Source: Ignicoccus islandicus DSM 13165
Lineage (GTDB): Archaea > Thermoproteota > Thermoprotei_A > Sulfolobales > Ignicoccaceae
NCBI RefSeq assembly: GCF_001481685.1
Contig: NZ_CP006867.1
Coordinates: 22,441-46,440, forward strand
Length of the DNA: 24,000 nt
Direction of reading: 5' to 3'
Shown one piece after another: positions 16,760 through 24,000 of this stretch. Every line of letters begins with the position of its first letter. Position 1 is the stretch's first letter. Made by a program: the position numbers and the translations under genes. Below the pieces are notes generated by a model. That model did no database searches and was not told the origin of the DNA. It saw only the letters and a program-made list of their open reading frames with translations.

Positions 16760-17337
16760 GTACTGAAATAGGCACTCTAGAAGTCCCAATTCCACAAGAG
16801 AAAGTCAAAGAGATTATCGAAAAGTGGACCAGCCAACCTATGTTGAAGCCCAAGCTAGCGAAGGTTACGGTAAACATCGCTCTAGGAGAAAGCGGCGAGA
16901 GACTCGAAAAGGCTTACGAACTGCTTGAGGAGCTAACTGGACAGAAACCTGTCAAGAGGGCTGCAAAGAAGACTATTAGGACATTTGGCATTAGAAGAGG
17001 AGAGAACATAGCAGTCATGGTCACGCTTAGGGGAGAGAAGGCAATAGACTTCTTGAAGAGGGCTCTAGAAGCAGTTAACTGGAAGATAAAGGCATCGAGC
17101 TTCGATGAGTTCGGCAACGTTGGGTTTGGAATAAAGGAACACATACAAATACCAGGAACTAAATACGATCCTAGAGTAGGTATCTACGGTATGGACGTTA
17201 TAATAACGTTAGAGAGAGCGGGTTATCGAGTAGCCAGGAGAAGGAGGGCCAGAAGCAAGATACCTAGAAGACACAGACTAACTAAGGAAGAAGGTATGGT
17301 TTACCTAGCTAAGGAATTTGGAGTAAAGATAGTGTAA
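16756..17337 (+). CDS. rpl5: 50S ribosomal protein L5 (uL5)
   Basis: [15 protein letters not shown]...[17 protein letters not shown]...[14 protein letters not shown] 16756 forms an ATGA overlap with the S4e stop and lies 7 nt after GAAGGTG. The track's GTG 16750 is only 1 nt from that element. Confidence 0.9.
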   Translation: MSTEIGTLEVPIPQEKVKEIIEKWTSQPMLKPKLAKVTVNIALGESGERLEKAYELLEELTGQKPVKRAAKKTIRTFGIRRGENIAVMVTLRGEKAIDFLKRALEAVNWKIKASSFDEFGNVGFGIKEHIQIPGTKYDPRVGIYGMDVIITLERAGYRVARRRRARSKIPRRHRLTKEEGMVYLAKEFGVKIV

Positions 17338-17382
17338 TCGTCTTAAAATTGGGCAGAGGTTAGCCCAAGAGGGTGGTGTAGC

Positions 17383-17547
17383 ATGGCGAAGTTCAGGCCA
17401 CCTAAGGAGAGGAAATTTGGAAGGGGTGCGAGGCGCTGCCAAAGGTGTGGTTCACAAGATGCGGTAATCACGAAGTATGGACTCTATCTATGTAGGCAAT
17501 GCTTCCGAGAAGTCGCACCAACTTTGGGTTTCAAGAAATACAGGTAA
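17383..17547 (+). CDS. rps14: 30S ribosomal protein S14 (uS14, zinc-ribbon type), 54 aa
   Basis: Not in the ORF track because it is too short. My translation is [54 protein letters not shown]. It has CxxC...CxxC, sits in the expected slot between L5 and S8, and has GGGTGGTG upstream. Confidence 0.9.
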   Translation: MAKFRPPKERKFGRGARRCQRCGSQDAVITKYGLYLCRQCFREVAPTLGFKKYR

Positions 17548-17557
17548 GGTGATAACC

Positions 17558-17959
17558 GTGGTGATGTTGGATCCCCTAGCCAATGCGCTCAACACTATCT
17601 ATCAAAACGAAATGAGAGGCAATAAGGAAGCAATAATAATGCCAGCATCTAAGTTAATTGCTAACGTCTTAAGGGTTATGCAACAAGAGGGGTATGTTGG
17701 AGAAATAGAATATATTGATGATGGAAGATGGGGCAAAATCAGAGTCCAGTTATTGGGTAGAATCAACAAGTGTGGTGCTATAAAGCCTCGTCAACCACTG
17801 AGCTATAATGATCTACTAAGACTACCGGAGTGGGTCAGAAGGTTCTTGCCATCGAAGGACGTCGGTATACTAATACTAAGCACCTCCAATGGATTAATGA
17901 CTCACAAACAAGCGTTGGAAAAGAGAATAGGTGGAATAGTGCTAGCATATGTCTATTGA
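17558..17959 (+). CDS. rps8: 30S ribosomal protein S8 (uS8)
   Basis: [18 protein letters not shown]...IIMPASKL...[40 protein letters not shown]. The track start 17477 runs through S14 in another frame. The real start is GTG 17558 (giving [11 protein letters not shown]) or ATG 17564, downstream of AGGTGAT (17547..17553). Confidence 0.9.
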   Translation: MVMLDPLANALNTIYQNEMRGNKEAIIMPASKLIANVLRVMQQEGYVGEIEYIDDGRWGKIRVQLLGRINKCGAIKPRQPLSYNDLLRLPEWVRRFLPSKDVGILILSTSNGLMTHKQALEKRIGGIVLAYVY

Positions 17960-18021
17960 GATTGCCTAAGTAATTTGTATATTTTAAATTCTCTACCAAA
18001 TTCAAGGAAAAGTAGATATAG

Positions 18022-18432
18022 ATGCATGATATACTAATACTTGTGAAAATGTTGGAAGTTTCTTCTATAATGAAGGAAAATTTAGTTTCGTGCGAACCCA
18101 ACTGTAAGATTGAGAAGGCTATCAAATTAATGGCCAAGAACGATGTAGGTAGTGTTGTTGTTGAGAGAGGAAGACTTGTAGGAATATTTACTGAGAGAGA
18201 TCTCGTTAAGGCTCTTTCTAAGGGCGTATCGCTAGAAGCGCCAATTCGTGAGGTCATGTCAAGAGATCCTATAGTTGCACTAAAAGACGAGAGTTTGGAA
18301 AGCATCGTTCATAAGATGCTTGAGCGCGGCGTAAGACACATCCCTATAGTTGATAGTGAAGGACGACCTATTGGAGTAATAAGCCTGAAAGACGTTGTAA
18401 GGAAACTTTATATTGATTGCGGAAATATATGA
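18022..18432 (+). CDS. CBS-domain pair protein
   Basis: Two CBS-like units: IMKENLVSCEP...VGSVVVERGRLVGIFTERDLVKAL and VMSRDPIVALKDESL...RHIPIVDSEGRPIGVISLKDVV. The start is ambiguous, either ATG 18022 or the internal ATG giving MLEVSS. Confidence 0.8.
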   Translation: MHDILILVKMLEVSSIMKENLVSCEPNCKIEKAIKLMAKNDVGSVVVERGRLVGIFTERDLVKALSKGVSLEAPIREVMSRDPIVALKDESLESIVHKMLERGVRHIPIVDSEGRPIGVISLKDVVRKLYIDCGNI

Positions 18433-19175
18433 TTTTTCAGTTCTCTTAATCTGAAAATAGTAACCTCTGTAAGAGCACATGCTAGTGCAGCAACGCTCCG
18501 CGCGACTTTCCGAATTCTCTTAGGATCTTGTAATAATCTCCAAGCCCATTCGAGACCTAAATTGTATATTATGTCAGGCGCTCTCTTCTCTACTCCCGCA
18601 ACCATCTTGAGCGCTCCACCCACTCCTATGGCTAATCCTACCCCTCCTTTCTCTAAATATGGACTAAGGGCATCTATCAAGAGCTCTTGTTTGGGAGGAC
18701 CGAGTGCGATAATCACCACCGAGGGCTTTAATTCCAAGATCAAGTTACCTATAGATTCTATTTTCTCGCGTTCGCGACGAGGATCTAATGGTACCTCACC
18801 TGGATCGAAATAAAATAATGGTGCATCTGGGAATTTATTGCGCACTTTTTCAAATATTTCATTTGACGCACCTACTATCAAAGTTCTTACTTTGTTCCGT
18901 TGCACTTCTTCAAGAAGTCTGAATATTAGTCTGCTACCGGGAGCTTTCCTTAGTGGAATTTTTCCATATTTGAGCCTTAATAATAGATAGACCCAGTGGC
19001 CGTCGATTACAGTAGTACCTCTATTTAACGCTTTCTTGTAATCTCTTAAACGTAAAGCCCAATAAATTATTTCCATATTTATCGTATAGACCTTTTTCCC
19101 CACATCAAAGGTTAGTATTCCTTCTCCTTGGGGATTGGTTATAGTAACCCCACATATTTCGAGAACGTTCTTCAT
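18408..19175 (-). CDS. WecB/TagA/CpsF-family glycosyltransferase (GT26)
   Basis: DGHWVYLLLRL (DG.g), RTLIVGAS, ALGPPKQELLI (GaPkQE), and GVGGALKMVAGVEKRAP...GLEWAWRLLQDPKR (GlEW.yRL..eP.R). Confidence 0.8.
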   Translation of the reverse strand: MKNVLEICGVTITNPQGEGILTFDVGKKVYTINMEIIYWALRLRDYKKALNRGTTVIDGHWVYLLLRLKYGKIPLRKAPGSRLIFRLLEEVQRNKVRTLIVGASNEIFEKVRNKFPDAPLFYFDPGEVPLDPRREREKIESIGNLILELKPSVVIIALGPPKQELLIDALSPYLEKGGVGLAIGVGGALKMVAGVEKRAPDIIYNLGLEWAWRLLQDPKRIRKVARSVAALACALTEVTIFRLRELKNHIFPQSI

Positions 19176-19235
19176 GATAACTCCGTAAACTGTACAGTAA
19201 ACGAGAATATTTAGGGAAATAATATTATGAACAAT

Positions 19236-20000
19236 CTACTTGAAAAACATGTGTCTTACCGTCTTTTTGACTAACTTCTTACTCACATATCTTGCATAAA
19301 TGCTAGGAGGTATTGTACCCCTAACTATTTTTACCTTACCTTTTAATATCGAATCTATTACTGAATATGGATCGAGTTCTTCTACTTCTATAATGTTATG
19401 CGCAGCTGCAACCATTTCGACCTCATGTGCATCGCTATTCGATACGATGGGTTTCCCAAGAGTTTTAGCAGTCGCTATGGCTCTCTCGTTTACTTTCCTA
19501 GGTGCTCTAGCGTTCCATCCCTCTATTGCATCCATATCTAGATCGTATATTAATTCACCGCAACCGTATCTTCTTTCATCGTAGGGATGAGCCGGTATGT
19601 AGAGACAGTTGTTCTTCCTCGTCCATTCGTAAAGCTTTACAGCGTCAATTGGGTAGTTGTCATCGTCTAGGACTTGAGGACAGAGGACCAGTATGTCCAT
19701 TAATTTTCCCGAATATCTAGCTCTAACCTCATTACCGTATAGTACTACTAGCTCGATGCCTTTATCCTTTACATATTCGATTGCCTTCTTAGACCCCTTA
19801 AAAGTATTGTGGTCTGTGATTGAAATTGCCTTAAGCCCTTTCTCTAAAGCTGAGTGAATCATTTCTTCTACTGTATTTAATCCATCGCTATACGTTGAAT
19901 GCATATGTAGGTCAGCCTTGATTTTTGGCACATTTAGAACCCAGTAGAAAACGCTTTTGCGATTAATTTGCATTTGTTCGTTTATGCGAAGATGTAACAT
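19236..20000 (-). CDS. PHP-domain metal-dependent phosphoesterase
   Basis: DLHMHSTYSDG...KAISITDHNT...GNEV...AHP...SDAH are the PHP His/Asp motifs. The real start may be GTG at 19931 (MPKIKADLHMHS), because a TATA-like TTTAAAT overlaps the ATG at 20000. Confidence 0.8.
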   Translation of the reverse strand: MLHLRINEQMQINRKSVFYWVLNVPKIKADLHMHSTYSDGLNTVEEMIHSALEKGLKAISITDHNTFKGSKKAIEYVKDKGIELVVLYGNEVRARYSGKLMDILVLCPQVLDDDNYPIDAVKLYEWTRKNNCLYIPAHPYDERRYGCGELIYDLDMDAIEGWNARAPRKVNERAIATAKTLGKPIVSNSDAHEVEMVAAAHNIIEVEELDPYSVIDSILKGKVKIVRGTIPPSIYARYVSKKLVKKTVRHMFFK

Positions 20001-20138
20001 TTAAACCATCGTTAGGAATTCAAACGCATATAAGTAATTGATTGGGTGTGTTAGGTTATTATGTGTTCCGAGGTACTCACTTGCCTTTACTTAATATTCG
20101 TTATCAAACACAATGGTCGAGAGGGGGTATGAGAAGAC

Positions 20139-21338
20139 GTGATGCCGCTTCTAGGAGTCGTAGGTAAGACTAACGTAGGTAAGTCAACTTTCTTCTCTGC
20201 AGCAACCATGGTAGAAGTTCCAATAGAGAACAGACCTTTCGTTACCATAGATCCTAACATAGGTATTGGGTACGTTAGAGTACCTTGCGTGCATGTTAAG
20301 TTGGGCTTACCGCAATGCAACCCCATTGACGGTTTCTGTATGAAGGGTTGGCGATTTATCCCGGTTAAATTAATGGACGTTGCTGGACTTGTTCCCGGTG
20401 CCTCCGAGGGGAGGGGTCTAGGAAGCCAATTCCTTGAGAAAGTTAGTCGAAGCGATGCCTTACTTATAGTAGTAGACGCGTCTGGCAGTACTGATGAAGA
20501 GGGAAATCCAGTTCCTCCTGGATCTCATGACCCAACTGAAGACGTTAAAATTCTGCTTGAGGAGTATGTAAATTGGATGTTTTCTCAAATATTAAAAGAC
20601 TGGAAGAGCTTTAGTATGAAGGTCGACACCAGCGGTGAATCTATTGAAGACGCCCTATATAAGCGTCTAAGCGGCTTCAAGGTGAAGAGAGATCAAATTA
20701 AGTTAGCTTTAGATGAATTATCGCCGCCATCCAAGCTCTCCAAATGGTCCCAAGCTGATATAAAGAGCTTTATCGATAAAGTTGTTGAGTTTAAGCCCAA
20801 GGTAATTGTAGCTAACAAAGCGGACTTACCGCAAGCGGAAAGCCTCATTGAACGATTGAAAGAGCAACTCCCATACAAAGTTATTCCAACATCTGCAGCT
20901 GCAGAGATGATACTTAGGAAGGCGGCCAAGGAAGGGTATATAGAATACGTCCCTGGTGATGCCGACTTCACTGAGGTTAAGACGTTAAGTCCCAAACAAA
21001 AGAAGGTACTTGAGACTATTAGGAAAAACGTCTTAGAAAAATGGGGATCTACTGGTGTTGTACAGTCTCTCAATACAGTTGTATTCGATGAAATGGATAT
21101 GACAGTGGTGTATCCGGTACATGATGTAAATAGATATACAGACACCGAAGGTAGAGTATTGCCAGAAGCCAGACTCGTCAAAAAAGGTATAACAGTCAGG
21201 GAGTTCGCAGGCCTAATACACTCTGATTTTCAGAAGCACTTTCTATATGCAATCGATGCATTATCTTCACGAAAGCTTGGCGGAGAGCATAGAATTGATA
21301 GGGAAATGGTTATTAAGATAGTATCCGCCAAGAAGTGA
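20139..21338 (+). CDS. Obg-family (YchF/DRG-like) GTPase with a C-terminal TGS-like domain
   Basis: Has the P-loop GVVGKTNVGKSTFF, then DVAGLV.GASEGRGLG, NKADL, and a C-terminal KKGITVREFAGLIHSDFQKHF (TGS-like). The start is GTG 20139 or ATG 20142. Confidence 0.8.
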   Translation: MMPLLGVVGKTNVGKSTFFSAATMVEVPIENRPFVTIDPNIGIGYVRVPCVHVKLGLPQCNPIDGFCMKGWRFIPVKLMDVAGLVPGASEGRGLGSQFLEKVSRSDALLIVVDASGSTDEEGNPVPPGSHDPTEDVKILLEEYVNWMFSQILKDWKSFSMKVDTSGESIEDALYKRLSGFKVKRDQIKLALDELSPPSKLSKWSQADIKSFIDKVVEFKPKVIVANKADLPQAESLIERLKEQLPYKVIPTSAAAEMILRKAAKEGYIEYVPGDADFTEVKTLSPKQKKVLETIRKNVLEKWGSTGVVQSLNTVVFDEMDMTVVYPVHDVNRYTDTEGRVLPEARLVKKGITVREFAGLIHSDFQKHFLYAIDALSSRKLGGEHRIDREMVIKIVSAKK

Positions 21339-21416
21339 ATGTTGACCGTATAGTCAGCAAAGAGATAATAATCTCGACCCGGAAGTTAGGGTGAGAAACT
21401 AGCGTGGTGTGCCGCC

Positions 21417-22694
21417 ATGGAAACTGTTAGTACCCCAAGACGACAGTTCTTGAAAAAAGCGCTAGCAGCTGGTGTACTCGCGGGAGCGCTTGGAAAGGTC
21501 AGCTGGGCAGAAGCAGTTGATATGATGGCTGAGGCGGTTAGGAAAGGTAAGGTCAATATCGTTTGGTGGGAAGCACAGAGTTGCACTGGCGATACCACTT
21601 CTCTGATCCAAGCCACGGATCCCGATTTAATAGAAGTCTTAACTGGTGCCATCCACCTAGCCGGACCTGGAACCGTTGGTCTCGCCTTCCATGATACTGT
21701 AATGCCGGAGTGGGGAGAAGGAGCCATAGAAATATTAAAGATGGCTGAGAAGGGAATGTACGATCCGTTCGTATTAGTTCTCGAAGGATCCGTTCCAGAT
21801 GAGACGCACGCTAGGAAGTACTGTAAGGATCCTAACAGATGCGGATACTACTGCTTCGTAGGAGAGGAGAATGGTAGAGTGATAACATGTACTGAGTGGA
21901 TAAGGAGACTTGCCAAGAGGGCGGTTGCAGTAGTAGCTGTTGGTAACTGCGCCTCTTATGGAGGCATCCCAGCCAATAAGGTTCTCGAACCTCCCCCAGG
22001 ATGGAGTTACCCCAGTTGGAGCTTAGCGCCGACTGGCGCCGTCGGATTCTTCGATGACCCCGTAAGGGGCTACAAAGGTCTCATAAGCAGGTACGCTGAT
22101 ATGCCCGAATTTGAACCTTATTACAATTACATATATAGGAATTGTGAACCTAAGCTTAGCCCAGATAGCGATTGCAAACCCGCTGTTGCAGTACCCGGAT
22201 GCCCAGCTAACGGTAACGGCATCCTAAGGGTTCTAGTACATATGGTTCTAGCTGCCCTCTATCCAAAGATAGTTCCTCTACCAAAGGCATCTGAGTGGTT
22301 AGATGCCTACTCTAGGCCTAAGTACATCTTCGGTCACACTGTACACGAGCAATGCCCAAGAGCTGGGTTCTATGCAGCTGGTGACCTCAGACAAGAGCCT
22401 GGAGACAACGATGCCAAGTGTTTATTCGCCGTAGGATGCAAGGGTCCGGTAGCAAACTGTCCATGGAACAAGTTTGGATGGGTAAACGGCGTAGGTGGAC
22501 CAACGAGAACGGGCGGTGTATGTATAGGCTGTACTATGCCCGGCTTTAGCGATGCCTATGAGCCGTTCTATAAGCCACTACCAGCGCCGGCAGCACCCAG
22601 CGTACCTACCGCTTTAGCCACCACTCTAGGCGCGGCGGCAATTGGTGCAATTGCAGGGTATGCTATGTCTAAGAAGCATGGTAGCAAGAAGTGA
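21417..22694 (+). CDS. [NiFe]-hydrogenase small subunit, Tat-exported, C-terminally membrane-anchored (group 1 uptake type)
   Basis: Has the twin-arginine signal TPRRQFLKKALAAG...SWAEA. Fe-S ligand blocks are SCTGD, VGNCASYGGIPA, VPGCPANG, HEQCPRAGF, KCLFAVGCKGPVANCPWN and GGVCIGCTMPGF. The C-terminal hydrophobic helix is ALATTLGAAAIGAIAGYAM, followed by KKHGSKK. Confidence 0.9.
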   Translation: METVSTPRRQFLKKALAAGVLAGALGKVSWAEAVDMMAEAVRKGKVNIVWWEAQSCTGDTTSLIQATDPDLIEVLTGAIHLAGPGTVGLAFHDTVMPEWGEGAIEILKMAEKGMYDPFVLVLEGSVPDETHARKYCKDPNRCGYYCFVGEENGRVITCTEWIRRLAKRAVAVVAVGNCASYGGIPANKVLEPPPGWSYPSWSLAPTGAVGFFDDPVRGYKGLISRYADMPEFEPYYNYIYRNCEPKLSPDSDCKPAVAVPGCPANGNGILRVLVHMVLAALYPKIVPLPKASEWLDAYSRPKYIFGHTVHEQCPRAGFYAAGDLRQEPGDNDAKCLFAVGCKGPVANCPWNKFGWVNGVGGPTRTGGVCIGCTMPGFSDAYEPFYKPLPAPAAPSVPTALATTLGAAAIGAIAGYAMSKKHGSKK

Positions 22695-22725
22695 ATGTAT
22701 TGTTTATAATTCTAGGTTACGTGAA

Positions 22726-22735
22726 GGGAGGTGAT
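22726..22735 (+). promoter_or_regulatory. Shine-Dalgarno-like element for the hydrogenase large subunit
   Basis: GGGAGGTGAT sits 5 nt upstream of ATG 22741. The same GGTGA core precedes L14, L24, S4e, L5 and S8, with GGTG upstream of S14, consistent with pairing to the 16S rRNA 3' end (..GAUCACCUCC..). Confidence 0.6.
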
Positions 22736-22740
22736 TTGAA

Positions 22741-24000
22741 ATGAGCGAGATATTCCTTCCCGCATCAAACGTAAAGGGAATAAGAAACGGTGTGGCGGAA
22801 CTCTTTATAGATCCGATCACCAGAATCGAGGGTCACTTAGCACTGAAAGCTGAGATAGATGTGAATCAGAGGAAACCAAAGGACACGTGGGTTTCTGCTA
22901 CTATGTTTAGAGGATTCGAGGTATTCCTTAGAGGGAGAGCACCGGAAGACGCGATAGCAATTAGTTCTAGAGTCTGTGGCGTCTGTGGTGCGAGTCACGC
23001 TAACGCAGCAACTATTGCAACTGATATGGCATTAGGCGCTGTTCCAACAGAATTAGGCGTTGTTTTGAGGAACATGGCCTTCGCAATGACTGACCACATT
23101 TACGACCATAGCATAATACTCAACCTCCTAGGAGGTCCCGACTACAGCGAGATAGTAGTAAAGAAGCTAACTCCAAAGTGTTGGGAGAGGGCACTTGAAA
23201 CTGAAGCCAAGTACAGCGATATCCACGGATATAGGAAAATAGCTGACATTATGAAGGATTTGAACCCTATAGTTGGTAAGATATGGAAATTAACTGTAAA
23301 GTATCAAAGAATAGCGCGAGAGGCCGGCGTGCTACTTTATGGAAGGCACTCTCACCCCAGTACTTTAATTCCGGGCGGAATTTCGACTGATTTAAGTACC
23401 GCCAACTCGTTACTAGAGGCCTACACCTTTAGGTTAGTGAAACTCACAGCATGGGCTAAGTTCGTCACAAGCTTCTGGATGGATCTAGCTGACTTCTATA
23501 ACACTGAATGCGGTTACGAGAAACAAGGCATGACCTATCCGAAGCCTACGTTATATAGCCCTGGTCTCATGGATGATCCAGAAACCTACAGCGCTTTAGG
23601 CGACAATTACATCGACATCTACAAGGAGTTCGATAAAGCAGCAATGAATAGAGGCACGCCATCCGGACTTTACATTGCAGGTGAACTAGTAAGCGAAAAG
23701 CCATCAGATATGCAGAGAAACGTTGTCGAGTTAGTTGACAGCTCTTTCTATGAAGAATGGAAAGACAAAACCAGTCTATTTACCAAGGAAGATCCGGCTG
23801 GTCAACCATTGGTCGGTGGTAACGAGGAGCTCATGTGGTATCATCCTTGGAATAAGACTACCATTCCTAAGCCCACCGACATCAATTGGGGTAACAAGTA
23901 CAGCTGGGCTGCAACCGTGAGGATCTACTGGAACGGTAAGTTATACCCATTCGAAGTCGGTCCGATAGCTAGAATGTTTGTAACAGCTCATAGCCAGAGA
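22741..24000 (+). CDS. [NiFe]-hydrogenase large subunit, 3'-truncated by the window edge
   Basis: Not in the ORF track because no stop occurs before the window end. I translated 420 codons with no stop. Found IDPITRIEGHL, the N-terminal Ni-binding motif RVCGVCGASH, GRHSHPSTLIPGG and FEVGPIARM. GGGAGGTGAT lies 5 nt upstream of the ATG. Confidence 0.9.
   Translation, partial: MSEIFLPASNVKGIRNGVAELFIDPITRIEGHLALKAEIDVNQRKPKDTWVSATMFRGFEVFLRGRAPEDAIAISSRVCGVCGASHANAATIATDMALGAVPTELGVVLRNMAFAMTDHIYDHSIILNLLGGPDYSEIVVKKLTPKCWERALETEAKYSDIHGYRKIADIMKDLNPIVGKIWKLTVKYQRIAREAGVLLYGRHSHPSTLIPGGISTDLSTANSLLEAYTFRLVKLTAWAKFVTSFWMDLADFYNTECGYEKQGMTYPKPTLYSPGLMDDPETYSALGDNYIDIYKEFDKAAMNRGTPSGLYIAGELVSEKPSDMQRNVVELVDSSFYEEWKDKTSLFTKEDPAGQPLVGGNEELMWYHPWNKTTIPKPTDINWGNKYSWAATVRIYWNGKLYPFEVGPIARMFVTAHSQR

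Noticed and set aside
17477-17557. The track's extended N-terminus for S8
   Set aside because: This stretch overlaps the genuine S14 gene in another frame. S8 homology begins only at (M)[10 protein letters not shown].
20061-20132. 23-codon ORF (MCSEVLTCLYLIFVIKHNGREGV) in the 138-nt divergent region upstream of the Obg-like GTPase
   Set aside because: It has no SD or promoter context and no recognisable motif, and its length is within chance expectation for AT-rich intergenic DNA.
21417-22694. Elevated GC (about 55% in the lines I counted) in the hydrogenase small-subunit gene, as a possible sign of horizontal transfer
   Set aside because: Similar elevation is seen in the peroxiredoxin gene (about 57% in one line) and in ribosomal-protein genes (about 52%). 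It therefore looks like an expression or amino-acid-composition effect. I could only hand-count a few 60-nt lines, so this is not a rigorous test.
1697-23920. About 35 shorter track ORFs lying antisense to, or out of frame within, the genes called above. Examples: 1697..1888, 1980..2228, 2547..2957, 4418..4645, 5359..5760, 6807..7109, 7225..7466, 7752..7973, 8610..9230, 9552..9755, 11467..11712, 13548..13775, 14445..14948, 15015..15620, 15712..16209, 16914..17144, 17835..18480, 18562..18813, 19300..19720, 20087..20326, 20693..21181, 21386..21727, 23735..23920.
   Set aside because: Each is fully embedded in a longer ORF that has clear family motifs. Their translations are low-complexity (Ser/Leu/Pro/Phe-rich) with no recognisable motifs, which is typical of shadow ORFs.
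1-24000. CRISPR arrays, IS elements, integrases, toxin-antitoxin or other defence genes, and rRNA or tRNA genes
   Set aside because: I found no spaced direct repeats, no terminal inverted repeats flanking an ORF, no transposase or integrase motifs, and no GC-rich structured-RNA-like islands in the intergenic regions. This was an eye scan only; tRNAscan-SE or Infernal would be decisive.

Overview
This window reads as a compact, mostly housekeeping chromosomal segment of a hyperthermophilic crenarchaeon (Thermoprotei/TACK-like). The support is archaeal and eukaryote-type ribosomal proteins including S4e, an archaeal CTP-dependent riboflavin kinase, a GHMP-type shikimate kinase, a GPN-loop GTPase, an Aeropyrum-type peroxiredoxin, and Lys/Glu/Ile/Val-rich proteins. 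GC is roughly 40-45% by eye and is higher in the highly expressed genes.

I support 34 protein-coding genes:
- A partial radical-SAM gene (Tes/GDGT-synthase-like) open at the left edge.
- tRNA and RNA modification genes (TtuA/NcsA-like, TrmJ-like, an SFM1/DUF431-like SPOUT protein).
- Two flavin genes.
- An AspDH-like plus Dph6-like overlapping pair.
- A lone hypC.
- gatC, cutA and gltX.
- A short ribosomal-protein block, S17-L14-L24-S4e-L5-S14-S8. S14 (54 aa) is absent from the supplied ORF track.
- A CBS protein, a GT26 (WecG/TagA-like) glycosyltransferase, a PHP phosphoesterase and an Obg/YchF-like GTPase.
- The start of a membrane-anchored, Tat-exported group-1 [NiFe] uptake hydrogenase: a complete small subunit, and a large subunit open at the right edge that is also absent from the ORF track.

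I saw no rRNA, tRNA, CRISPR array, transposase/integrase or defence-type gene. I do not see a convincing novel multi-gene system.

The observations most worth a second look are:
1. A Dph6-like PP-loop gene whose SGGKDS motif lies upstream of any canonical start codon, at a CTGA stop/start junction.
2. Its translationally coupled partner, an aspartate-dehydrogenase-like protein with no histidine and a degenerate GxGxxG loop.
3. A hydrogenase small subunit with CTGD in place of the usual CxGC proximal-cluster motif, plus a Cys-rich insertion.
4. A small secreted Ser/Thr-rich protein with an archaeosortase-like C-terminal signal.
5. An uncharacterised V4R-like plus beta-propeller-like gene pair.
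6. A riboflavin kinase with an N-terminal extension (RbkR-like?).

All homology statements come from reading motifs by eye and from memory of the families. No searches were run.
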